Assembly (NCBI GenBank): GCA_951406725.2
Contig: OX597816.1
Location: forward strand, 67,332,001 to 67,396,000
Reading direction: 5' to 3'
Origin: Octopus vulgaris
Lineage: Eukaryota
DNA: 64,000 bases
Part shown: positions 1 to 12,700 of the stretch, in pieces
Position numbering within the stretch: the first letter of the stretch is position 1
How the letters are laid out: every line of letters starts with the position of its first letter
Program-made: the position numbers and the translations under genes
The notes under the pieces: model-generated
Databases searched by the model: none
Told to the model about the DNA's origin: nothing
Seen by the model: only the letters and a program-made list of their open reading frames with translations

Positions 1-731
1 TTTTATTTTCATATAAGTACACCTCTGCTGGTGTCACATAAAAAGCACCTAATACACTCTGTAAAGTGCCTGATTTTAGGAAGGGCATTCAGCCACAGAA
101 ACCATGTCAAAGCAGACAATTGGAGCCTGGGTGGCTCTCTGGCTTGCCAGCTCCTGTTAAGTTGTCTAACTCATGCCAGCATGGAAAACGGATACTCTTT
201 TACTTGTTTCAGTCATTTGACTGTGGCCATGCTGGAGCACCGCCTTTAGTCAAGCAAATTGACTCCGGGACTTATTCTTTGTAAGCCTAGTACTTATTCT
301 ATCGGTCTCTTTTACCGAACTGCTAAGTTACAGGGACGTAAACACACCAGCATCAGTTGTCAAGTGATGTTGGGGGTGGGGGTACTTTATAAAGAGGACA
401 AGAGTATATAACTTTGGTCTGAAAATGAGTTGAAATAACCTTTTGGTATAAGCATTATACTAATTCACTTAGTATTAAAGTTATTGTATTGTGGCCATGC
501 TGGTGCACTACTGCTTCATTTACAGTTACAATTGTGGTGCTGTAACCATGGGCACTACATGTCTTCTATTTATATATTACTGTAGTTATTGTTGGATGTG
601 ACTATCTGTATTAGTGTGTTTACTGTTGCAGCCATTTGACTGTGGCCATACTGGGGCAGTCTGTAGTGGCCATCTAGATTGCTGTTTGTATGATCCACAA
701 ATATTTATACATTTATTCTTCTTCTTTACAG

Positions 732-771
732 GAACAAAATAAAAGTTTCCCTCCAGTCTTCCAAGATACTG
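732..771 (+). CDS. ICE1: ICE1-like exon (EQNKSFPPVFQDT)
   Basis: Acceptor ttctttacag, donor G|gtatgt; phase 0 to 1, joins next exon in frame. Confidence 0.65.
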
Positions 772-3700
772 GTATGTATATTGTTATAATAACTTATAAA
801 TTCCACCAGATGTAGATCTATTTTTTTGTTTATATTCATATACATTTTGTAAATTTACATGTATAAAATAACTTTTGTTTGTTCATTTTTACTTGATTTT
901 TTTTTATTTTGCTAAAATGTGGCAGGCTGTGATGTGGTGGTGGTGAGCAGGGTAGAGTATTATGTTAATTTGAAATTTTCTCTTTATTTAAAGCTGTCAC
1001 TTCTCCACCTCCAAACCTTCCATCCAGAGATGATGAAATTGCACGTATAATTAGTGAAATGACTTTACCAATTATGTTGTCTCCTATCCCTTCAGAACAT
1101 AATGAAGAGGTAAGTAGTCTTGTGTACTCTTTTACTGGTTCTGCCATGTAGTAGTGTTTGTGTACATCAAAATGTGTTCTCTTTGTTGTAATGTTGTTAA
1201 TAATTTTTCAGTTGTGAAGGCGGCGAGCTGGCAAAATCATTAGCATGCTGGGCGAAATGCTTTGCAGTATTTCATCTGCTGTTATGTTCTGAGTTCAAAT
1301 TCTGCCGAGGTCAACTTATCCTTTCGGGGTCAATAAATTAAGTACCAGTTATGCACTGGGTTCGATGTAATCAACTTAATCCCTTTGTCTGTCCTTGTTT
1401 GTCCCCTCTATGTTTAGCCCCTTGTGGGCAATAAAGAAATAAGAATCATTTGCACACCAGACAAAATGCTTAACAGCATTTTGTCAGTCTTTATTTTCTG
1501 AGTTCAAATTCCACCAAGGTTGACTTTGCCTTCATCCTTTTGGGATTGATAGAATAAGTAACAGTTGAATATGAGGTTGATGTAATTGACTTACCCATTC
1601 CCTGAAATTGCTGGCCTTGTGCCAAAATTTGAAACCAATATTTTTTCAGTTGGGGCACGGTAGAATTTTTAGAATGTTGGATAATCAGTCTTGCACTATT
1701 TAGTTATGTCCTATGTTCTAAATTCACCAAGGTTGACTTTGCATTTAATCTTTTCAGGATCAATAAAATAAATTACCTGTCAGGTACTGAAGTTTAATTA
1801 ATTATACTCGCTCTCAAAAATTCATGGCCTTCTGCTGCCAGTATTAAAAATCAATTATTCTCAGTTTTAATGTAGTATATTTTCACATGTGTATCATTTA
1901 TTACAGTACTACCTCTATGACCCAGCGTTGCCGGATCTAGTGCTAGCCAAGCATATATGGTCTTTCATGAAAATCCTGCTCTCTTGTCATTCACTTGGTC
2001 TAACTCGTTTATTAATTATTCCCTGCATTTCTCAAAGCAAAAAAGCGTGCACGTTTGAAAGCCAAAACACATGATAACGCGTCTTCGCAAAACACAAAAA
2101 TGCGCTGAGTCATACAGACTGTCTGCAAATGTGAACGCGCATGCAATTGTCAAGGGTAAAATTATCTCCGTCCAATCAAAAAGCAGCTGGCAGTCTATTG
2201 ACGTATCTAGCTGTACCGCGTACAAATTTCTATGTTTTAGCGATTTTGAATGGATATGCCCATAACTTATGAGCATAAGGGGTCGGTTTATCGATTTTTT
2301 TAATGGCTTTCTGGGGTGACTGGGGAAATGAAAAGATCTTCACGACCACCCTCAGGCAGTTTTGAAAGCCCATAGAAAATGTGAACCTTTTACATGTAAA
2401 ACTGTGGATTTGTATTAAGGACACACAGACACACAAACATTTTGCCGTTTATAGATATAGAGATTGTGTTATTATGTGATATAAAATAATAATTTATTTT
2501 AAGTTATAATATTGTTAGTAATAAGGCAGTAAGTTAGCAGTCATTAAAATATTGGATAAAATGTCTAATGATATTTGCTTTGGCTTTCTTTGCCCTGAGA
2601 TCAAATGAAAGGCAAAGTTAACCATCAAGGTCAACTTTGCCATTCAGTCAATAAATAAAATACTTTGAAGGCATGTGACCTATAGGTTAAGGCTCTGTAC
2701 TTATGATTATAAGATCATGGTTTTGATTCTCAAACTGGGCAGTGTGTTATGTTCTTGAGCAAAGCACTTCATTTCACATTGCTCCAGCCCACTCAGCTGT
2801 AAATGAGTTCCAACTTTATCTAGGAAGTTAACAGAGATGATTGTTGTAATCTTAGTCACTTATATGCTATGGAAATCAGGTTAAGCTCCAGCCTTATTAG
2901 TCCTAGGGCTCATTAAAAAAAAAAAAGTACCATCTCAGTGATTGACACACTTGGAAAGGGACAGTCACTTTCAGATAAAAGACACAACATTATGCCACAT
3001 CATCCTTATGACTCCATTAGGTATTGAAGGCCCAAGGTGTATAGGTTGTAATATAGTATATTTGTAATTTAATGTTTTGTTATACAATGTTATTATTCAG
3101 CTTGATGCCAGACATAATCAGACAGAATTGTGATCAAAGATGTTCCATACAGAACAATCTAGAACTGCATTAGCCAGTGTGTCCTCTTTTCCAAGACGAA
3201 TTGAGGGAGATTTGGCTGCTATTTTGGCATGCTAAGTCACCGTGTTGAAGATTCCTTGTCAGTTGGGGTATGTTGTTAGTTGTAATATGTTGTGTTACAT
3301 ATTGTTGGGGAATGTAACTTGTAGCATTGATGTTTTATAAGCTGAAAAGTATTGTGTTATAAGCTTTTTCTGTGTTTTGTATATAAGCTGTCATGCATTA
3401 ATATCAATTTCAGTGATGTGCACTGTTCATTTAGAGGTTTGTTTCATGTATTTCTGTATTAAAACTATGGTAACTAATTATATTAGGATGAAGCCTGCAG
3501 ATGTGGCTCTATGGGGTGGTGGGGGAATCTTGTTTTAACCCTGCCACAGCTTAACATAGTTATGATAAAATAAAGTATAACATGTTAAAAATATGGGCTA
3601 AAGAGGAAGATACTTTATACAATATCTGTGTAGAATTAGAGAAATAGGAATCATTATCAAATACTAAGATTAACTTTTTTTAATTTTATGTCTGATTTGA

Positions 3701-6700
3701 GTTAAATGGTTCTACAAACTCGTGCATTTACGTTTGTTTGACCCTTCAGCATTCAGATTTCTTTTTCAAATTTATTGCTTATTTATCCACATTGTTTTGA
3801 ATTAATTATGCATTATTTCATAGCTTCAAGATTTCAATGATGCGATTGTTTATTTTTAGAATGACATTGCAGGGTAGGTGTGAGAGGTTTAACATAAAAC
3901 AGGTAGAATATTTGGGCCAGATTAAATGCTAAAGGGTTAAGTATTGGATTGTCTGGAAAGTTCATGCCGATTTTTAAAGGAAAGAGAAACGTCAATAAAT
4001 ACTTGCCATTACATTTTTAATCAACCAAATATGAACCATTTTGTTGCATAATGCGTCTCCATCTTTCCTTTAACTTGAAAATACCCTCTTCCCAGAATTG
4101 AGGTGGTTTCATGGCAAAGATTTCATCAAGGTATCTTTTTACGTCATTCAAGGAATTGAAATTTTTACCATTAAGACTATTCTGCAGAGACCTGAATAAG
4201 TAGAAATCCGAAGGAGCAATATCTGGTGAATATGGAGGGAGGGTAACACATCCCAGTTGAGCTGCAGCAATTTTTGTCTGGTTCCCAAAGCATCAAGTGC
4301 TGAAAATGAACTTTCTTATCATCCATTTTAAAGGGTTACAGAATTAACACAGGTTATAGGAACATAAACGTTATTCCACGAAAAGATAGCTTAAACAGTG
4401 CTCTAAACGGAGGTGTAGTCAAATCCTATTTTATGGACTCAACCATATTCTAAAATAAGTCGAATGGTGAGCTACTATAAATCGGCATGAACTTTCCTGA
4501 CAACCCAATAGATACATGTACATGGTCAGTGTTTTATGTAACCTGTTACAATTCATAGCATAAACATTACATATGCGCATGTTGAATTGTAAGCAATTAA
4601 CTATCATAAATAACATTTACATGAATATTAACTTTCAACATTTTAATATGCTTGTTTTATTTTATTTTATTTATATTTATATTTTAGGATGATGAAAATT
4701 CATTCTGTAGCCTTCCAGATCAGAATGGCTGTGATGATGGTTCTGTTGACCACTTTGCAGAAATGTTGGAGACAGAATTTCTTAAAGGAGTTGATGCTGA
4801 CAGTGAAACCAATAAAGTACAAGATGCTGTGATGCTACCAAATGACAATTCTTGCCATCTTTTGCAATCTCCTCAGAATGAGGATCATTTACAGGTTAAT
4901 CCTTATCAAATAAATGAAAATGGTATCAATACTACCACAATTGTCTGTGATAAAAATAGTGAAAGTGGTAATGATCATCTCAATGCTGAACAAGGTTGCA
5001 TGAAACAAGATTTAGAAGATGGAAGTTCTAAACAGTTTGAAAGTGTTCCTGGTACAGCAATCCGTACAGACGTTATCCAGATAAATGACACAGAACTTTT
5101 ACCACGTTCTGGTAATATAAATTCTGGAGATGTCTCTACACCTGATTCTGTAACATATCACAATGTTGCTTATAATTACACTGATACAATGCCAAGTCAT
5201 GGTGAAACATTGTTAAATGATAAAATCAATACAAATCCACCAGCACCTAGAAAATGTTCAAATTTGTTTGATGAAAACTTAAAGAAATCTAAAGAAAACA
5301 AGGAGCAGGATATAATTAGTGAATCTTTGGTTGAATATCAGAATGATAATGATAATAAATGTGATATCAAGTGCGGCTATAATTCTGATTGCAGCAAAGC
5401 AAATTCAAACAAAATTTTGGAAAACCATATAGCAAAAGATCTTAGTCAAACTGCTGATAATTCAAAGTTTGATTCTGTTACATTCCATGAAGATGCTTAT
5501 AATAACACTGAAACTCTTTCAGTTTGTGGTGTAACATCTTTAGAAAATGAAATTGATGCAAATCTATCAGTTCAAAGGAAATGTTCAGATTCGTCTGAAG
5601 GTACCTTAAAGATATCTAAAGATAGGAAGAAGAGGAATATCAATAAAGAATCTTTGGCTAAAAATCAGAATGACAATGATAGAAACAAATCTAATACCAT
5701 GTGTGGTTATAACTCTGATTATAACAAAATGAATTCAAAAGAGGTTTTAGGAAACCATATTGAAGAAAATTCCAGTGAAACTGTTGATATTAAGATTGGA
5801 TCACTGTCTGCTAAGATTCCTGCAATAACAAAAGATTTATCTGAAGCAGACTTGAGGTTAACTATTTCTGAAACATTTCAGCTAACTCAACCTCCACATC
5901 ACCAAAATGACATCATTAATTATCATCATTCACAGAATAACTCCCAAACCTTAGATACTGAAAATTTTAAAGATGAAAACCTAGCAGTTAAAAATATTTT
6001 GGATGATAAAAGCCTTCTTCATGAATTTTCTTTGTCTAAAGATGATAAATCTTCAAATCTTTCCTTGTTATTTAACAAATCAGACAGTAAATTAAACAAT
6101 TCAGAAACTCACTTTAACAATTCAGAGATTAAAGTCAACAATTTAGAAACTAAAGTTAATAATTCAGAAACTAGATTCAGCAATTCAGAAACTAAATTCA
6201 ACAATTCAGAAACTAGATTCAGCAATTCAGAAACTAAATTCAACAATTCAGAAACTAAATTCATTGATTCAGAAACTCAATTTAACGATCCAAAAACAAA
6301 ATTTAACAATCCAGAAACTAAATTTAATGATTCAAAAACTATATTTAACAATCCAGAAACTAAATCTAACAATCCAGAAACTAAATTTAACAATCCAGAA
6401 ACTAAATTTAACAATCCAGAAACTAAATTTAACAATCCAGAAACTAATTTTAACAATCCAGAAACTAAATTTCACAATTCAGAAACTAAATTTCACAATT
6501 CAGAAACTAAATTTCACAATTCAGAAACTAAATTTAACAATCCAGAAACTAAATTTAACAATCCAGAAACTAAATTTAACAACCCAGAAACTAAATTTAA
6601 TGATTCAGAAATTAAATTTAACAATTCTAAGAAAACAAATATCATATCCGCATCAGTCTCTCTTCCTAAAATATCTGAAATAGTTATTGCTAATAATGAA

Positions 6701-9700
6701 ATGGAAGATCTAAATGATAGAACTAGTTTGGTATCCAATGAACCAGCAGCATTGAAACTCCAAGAGAAAGTTTGTACTGAGATTAACAATGGAAATACTT
6801 CCAGTGAAGAATTTAATGATTTTAGTGATGATTCTTTAGATTTGGATTACAACACATCTAAGAAAGTGGGCTTTCAAAGAAATTCAGTAGAATATGTAGC
6901 TGATGGTGAGATAAAGGAACGTCACCTGATTAAAATTGAACATTCATATGCATTAGAAACTATGAACGATGAAGATAGCTTGATATTTTCTGATTCACTC
7001 TCTGAGCAAGAAATAGATTCAAGTTTAGCTAAATGTTATACAACAAAACCTAAGCCTACTACCTTTATAAATGACTTGTTTGGTATTTGTAGTTCAGACT
7101 CTGAAAGTGAGAAGCAATTTTCAAATAGTGATATTCCTTTAAAATCTGTAAATAATAGTGATAGAATAGAAACCAGTACAAACTCTGATGACCCAAATTC
7201 CCAAACCTTTCCAGTGAAATTAAAGGAATTACAGTCTGAAGATATTCCTTTAAAATCTGTAAATAATAGTGATAGGATAGAAAGCAATAAAAATTCTGAT
7301 GACCCAAATTCCCAAATCTTTCCAGTGAAATTAAAGGAATTACAGTCTGAAGAGAAGACAATGCCTGAAGATAAAAATCTGCTGATCCGATGTGACTCTT
7401 TTAATACATCTCTAGATGTTGATGATAATAATGAAGATTCACAGCTGTCGAATTTCAGCATTAAGACAAATATGGAGCATAAAAAAGTTACTGCAACTGG
7501 AACAGCTTGTGGAGACATCAAAGAAAATAGTAAACCTTCCCAGAAGGTTGAAGAAGCTCCATGTATCAGAACTAATGTTGTAAATAATAAACCATCATCT
7601 CATATTAAATGTTCTGTAACCTTTCTCCAACATTCTACTTCATTATTGGATTCTATAAAATCTAAGAGCAAAGCAGTAGAGAATGGGAAAAACAATTCTG
7701 TGAGTTCAAAACAATTAGGATTTGAACAGGTCGTTGATTTCTGTCACAATACTGAGAAATCCCAGTCAGAAAACATAGCACATGACACATCATATCCAAA
7801 GATCTTTGCTCGAGAATCTAATGAAACTACTTCTAGTAATGATAGTCTGACATTAATTGAAGAGTTCATTTTAGTTGCTCCTCTGATAACTCCATTCCCA
7901 GATACTTTAGAATTTATCAAAAAACATTCTTCACACACAGATACGGTAAACAGTAAGTATGCTGTTGATCAAATCTCAACAAAGAGTTCTGTAGAGAACC
8001 CTTTGCCTCCACATCTGTCCATCAACTTTAGGAAAAGACCAACTGAAAATTCCATTCTACCAAATATCAGTAGTGGAAACAAAAACCATGTTAATAGTCA
8101 AGACAGCAAATACCCTGATGAACCGGTGCTAAAGAGCAGCAAGCAGACCCCTGTGAAAGTATTCAATCTTTCCCATAATTTATCATCTGACCAAAATGTC
8201 CCCAGCAAAATCTCAGCTACATTTGCTCACAGAAGGAGATTATTAAATAAATCCAGGTAAGAAATAAAAATTTTGTTGTCTCTTCTTCTGTATTGATGAA
8301 AGTTAGGATGTTGTTGTTGTTTTAGCCAAGCTTGATAAAAAAACAGGCCACTTAATGTATCTAGGACTGCATTATATAAGATCTTCTATTCTTTTGTTCT
8401 TTTTAAAGTGTTAGTCATTAGAGGGAGATTTGATATTCATTGGCTTGTTGAAAAAAAAATAACATCTATTGTTTGGTGATAGGAATAAAATTGTTTAGAG
8501 TCTTAATGAGTTTTAATCATTAGCACACCAAACAAAATACTTAAAGGCATTTCTTCCAGCTTTACATTCTGAGGTTGGCTTTACCTTTTATTCTTTCAGG
8601 GTTGATAAAATAGATGCCAGTTAAGCACTAAGGGTCGATGTGATCAGCTTCCATTTTCCCTCTAAATTGCTGACCTTGAGTGAAAAACTAGAAAGAATTA
8701 TTATTTTAATATCCTTATGAGTACAGAGTCATGACTAACATGCAAAATTTGTAGACAACATGATTTACACGAGATAGAATAATCACAGCCAGAAACACCA
8801 ATTCAATGAGTAATCACTTTGATAGGGTTTCTGTGTATCGTAGGTCTTCTCATGCAGAAGTCTCTGGAGATACACCATAATGACAACAGCTCAGTTTATA
8901 GAATCTACTGAATATATATTTCATCATCATCATCATCATCATCATTATGACCATGAAGACAACGACTGTTACCTGTTTATCTCTAACAATGCTAGTGCAT
9001 AAAAGCACCCACCACACTCTGTAAGGTGGTTGGCATTAGGAAGGGCATCCAGCTGCAGGAACCATGCCAAATTAGACTGGAGTCTGGTGCAGCTCCCCAG
9101 TTCAGGTCAAACCATCCAATAAATGCAGGCATGGGTGTTAAATGATGGTGGTCGTGGAGGTGGTGGTGGTGGTGATGATGATGATGATATACTCTGTGTT
9201 CAATTTGTATGTGTATTGTGTGTCTGTGTGTGTCGACTTGTGTGTAAGTGATTGTGTAATGTTTTCTACGGGGTGGGCCAAAAGTCACGAAAAGGTATGA
9301 GATGTTAATAAATTTTTTAAATTATTTTTTTTATTTAGATGTGATTTTTTTCTCACCTAGCTTACATCTATTGTGTGTATGATATTGCAGTATTCAGATG
9401 GCTGCACCAGACACCAATCTGATCTGGCAGAGTTTCTACAGCTGGATGCCCTTTCTAATGCCAACCACTCTGAGAGTGTAAAGCACCCACTACACTCTCG
9501 GAGTAGTTGGTGTTAGGAAGAGCATCCAGCTGTAGAAACTCTGCCAGATCAGATTGGAGTCTGGTGCAGCCATCTGGTTCGCCAGACATCAGTCAAATCG
9601 TCCAACCCATGCTAGCATGGAAATCGGACGTTAAACGATGATGATGATGATGTAAATTTAAAACAGAAAATAAAAAATTAAGAATGACTTTTGGCCCACC

Positions 9701-12700
9701 CTTTAGTAAGTGGATTGGTATTTTGAAAATAAAGTGTTTTACTTAATGAAACAATTATATGTTTGTAACAATGTAGGAATTAATGAATCATGGCACCTGA
9801 TTCACTTTGGTACTGTCTGTCTCATTATTTTATGAGGCCAGAGAGGTCAGAATATGCTGCAAACTCAATTGATTCCAGTTATGTATCATATATTATCTCT
9901 CAGCTGCAGAATGTCATATCAAGATTATAAGTGGGACATTTGCCCTCAATTATAAACTGTTAAAGATAACAGTGACATGATTTGATTTTATTTTACTTAT
10001 CAAAGGCGTTTATTTTGTTTCTTATTTCTTTATTGCCCTCAAGGGGCTAAACATAGAGGGGACAAACAAGGACAGACAAAGGGATTAAGTAACTGGTACT
10101 TAATTTATCGACCCCGAAAGGATGAAAGGCAAAGTTGACCTCAGCGGAATTTGAACTCAGAACATAACGGCAGATGAAATACCTATTTCTTTACTACCCA
10201 CAAGGGGCTAAACACAGAGAGGACAAACAAGGACAGACAAACGGATTAAGTCGATTACATCGGCCCCAGTGCATAACTGCTACTTAATTTATCGACCCTG
10301 AAAGGATGAAAAGGCAAAGTCGACCTCGGCGGAATTTGAACTCAGAATGTAATGGCAGACGAAATACCACTAAGTATTTCGCCCGGTGTGCTAACGTTTC
10401 TGCCAGCTCACCACCTTAAATTTTATTTTGTTTATTTTGTTTCTAAGCTTACTCAGGGTCTATCTCCCTTATTTCACCCTTCAACCAGATTAGCCCTTTT
10501 AAAACTGAACCACTACTATATGACAGTATTCAGAATTAATACAACACTTTGCAAATATCTTTTCTAAGTAAAACCACCCATAGAAGAGAATATGACCATG
10601 TAGTTGTGGTAGGCTATACAAAGGCGAAACATGCCGCCCCCTTAAAGTAAGGGTAGAGGAACACTGTAAAGCTGTGACACGAGGGGAATGTTGGAAAATC
10701 AGGCATAGCCAATCATGTATGGGAAAACGGAGACCACCTCCCCCTGTGGGATGAAGTTAAAATAATCGACAGAGAACACCACTGGAAAATACGAAAATTA
10801 AAAGAGGCTACACATATGCTTGGATACAATAACCTCCTAAGTAGACCGAGTGCAGATATGAATGTAATATGGGAACCTGTAGTAAGGAAAGATAAAATAC
10901 TTGGTTTATAAGCCCTCAAATTCATTCTATAATTACCCATGGGCATATGGCATAGTGGATAAGAACATGGGCTACTAACCCTAGAACTAATAAAATAACT
11001 GTTCAGGTGGTTCAATGATTGTAGTTGATAGTTTCTATTACTTAGGTGATATAATTATTTCCTAGATGTAATTTGCAATTATTACCTTGTGGATGTAGTG
11101 AATACATAGTAGCTAGCATAAATAAGGTCTGAAATTGTTGTTTCTGTTATCTCTGCCTGTCTGTCTGTACCATTAGCAGACTATACATAATAAAGTAAGA
11201 AGATGGTCTGTGTCAGCGTTTAGTGTGTATACACAGTTCAAAATTGAAATGAAATGATTTGGTGTAAAGAAGTGGGGGAAAATCTAAGGTTCCTAACTTT
11301 CAAACAAAAGATTCATCATCATCATCATCATCATCATCATTTAATGCCCGTTGTCCATGCTGGCATGGGTTGGGCAATTTGTCCAGGGCTGGCAAGCTGG
11401 ATAGCTGCACCAGACTCCAGTCTGATTTGGATTGGTTTCTATGGCGGGATGCCCTTCCTAATGCCAACCACTCTGAGAGTGTAATGGGTGCTTTTATGTG
11501 CCACTGGCACAGGTGCCATATGTGTGACACTGGTATGTGCCACAACTGTGATTTTGCTCAGCTTGACAGGTCTTCTTCTCAAGAACGACATAATGCCGAA
11601 GGTCTCGGTCACTAGTCATTGCCTCTGTGAGGTCCAAAGTTCGAAGATCACGCTTCACCACCTTGTTCCCTCTCTTCCTGGGTCTACCTCTACCACAGGT
11701 TCCCTCCACAGTTCGGGATCAGCATTTCTTTACACACCTGTCCTCTTCCATATGCATCACATATATATATGCTTATATCCTGGGGGGGGGGGGGCATGAG
11801 TGTTATTCCCTCAAATGATATCTAATTGAAAAAAATATTTCTTGTGTAAAATGTTTGATTCTGTCTTTTTTTTTCATTAAAATAATTATTTGTATCTTTT
11901 AGATCCTTAAATCGATCACATCATCTGCTTTTAAGCAAGAAGACTGGTCAGTTGAAAGAATTTAAAAAAGAGTCTCATATTACAGCCGTCCAGACAACTG
12001 AGAAACTGACAAAAAAACAAGTTCAGTTTGAATCTATTTCTGATCTGAAGTTAAAGAAGGCTGAAGAAATTAAGAAGTGTTTTGTCAAAGCTGGAGAAGT
12101 TATTGGTGATAACTCTGTTACCACTTCAGAAAGTAAGCTTCCAGAAACTTCCAATGTAGATATAATATGCAAAAGTGTCGGTCAGAAAAAGCACAAAAGA
12201 TTAAAAATTGATAAAACATCAGAAGATTCCACTGAAGAACAGCTCCATAAAAGACAGGTATGTTTTAGGTTTCTCTTCAATGGCACACATCTTTATAGTT
12301 ATTTTTGTAAATTTACTGCACATATGCTTGGATACAATAACCTCCTAAGTAGACCGAGTGCAGATATGAATGTAATATGGGAACCTGTATTAAGAAAAGA
12401 TAAAATACTTGGTTTATAAGCCCTCAAATTCATTCTATAATTACCCATGGGCATATGGCATAGTGGATAAGAGCATGGGCTACTAACCCTAGAACTAATA
12501 AAATAACTGCTCAGGTTGTAGTTGATAGTTTCTATTATTTAGGTGATATAATTATTTCCTAGATGTAATTTGCAATTTTCTATACTAGTTTTTGAGGTGG
12601 GATGGTTCCTTGTAAATGTTGATACATAGGCATAAGTATGGCTATGGGTAAAGGTGTGTCATAGGAAGTTTGCTTCCCAACCACATGGTTCTAGACTCAG

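Noticed and set aside
6264-6789. Overlapping ORFs (IQKLNLT)n on + and (LLNLVSG)n on -
   Set aside because: By-products of a stop-free 21-nt repeat read in other frames.
4763-8260. Stand-alone 1165-aa single-exon gene
   Set aside because: The frame is open upstream to an acceptor at 4687 and the stop lies inside a donor site; it is an internal exon.
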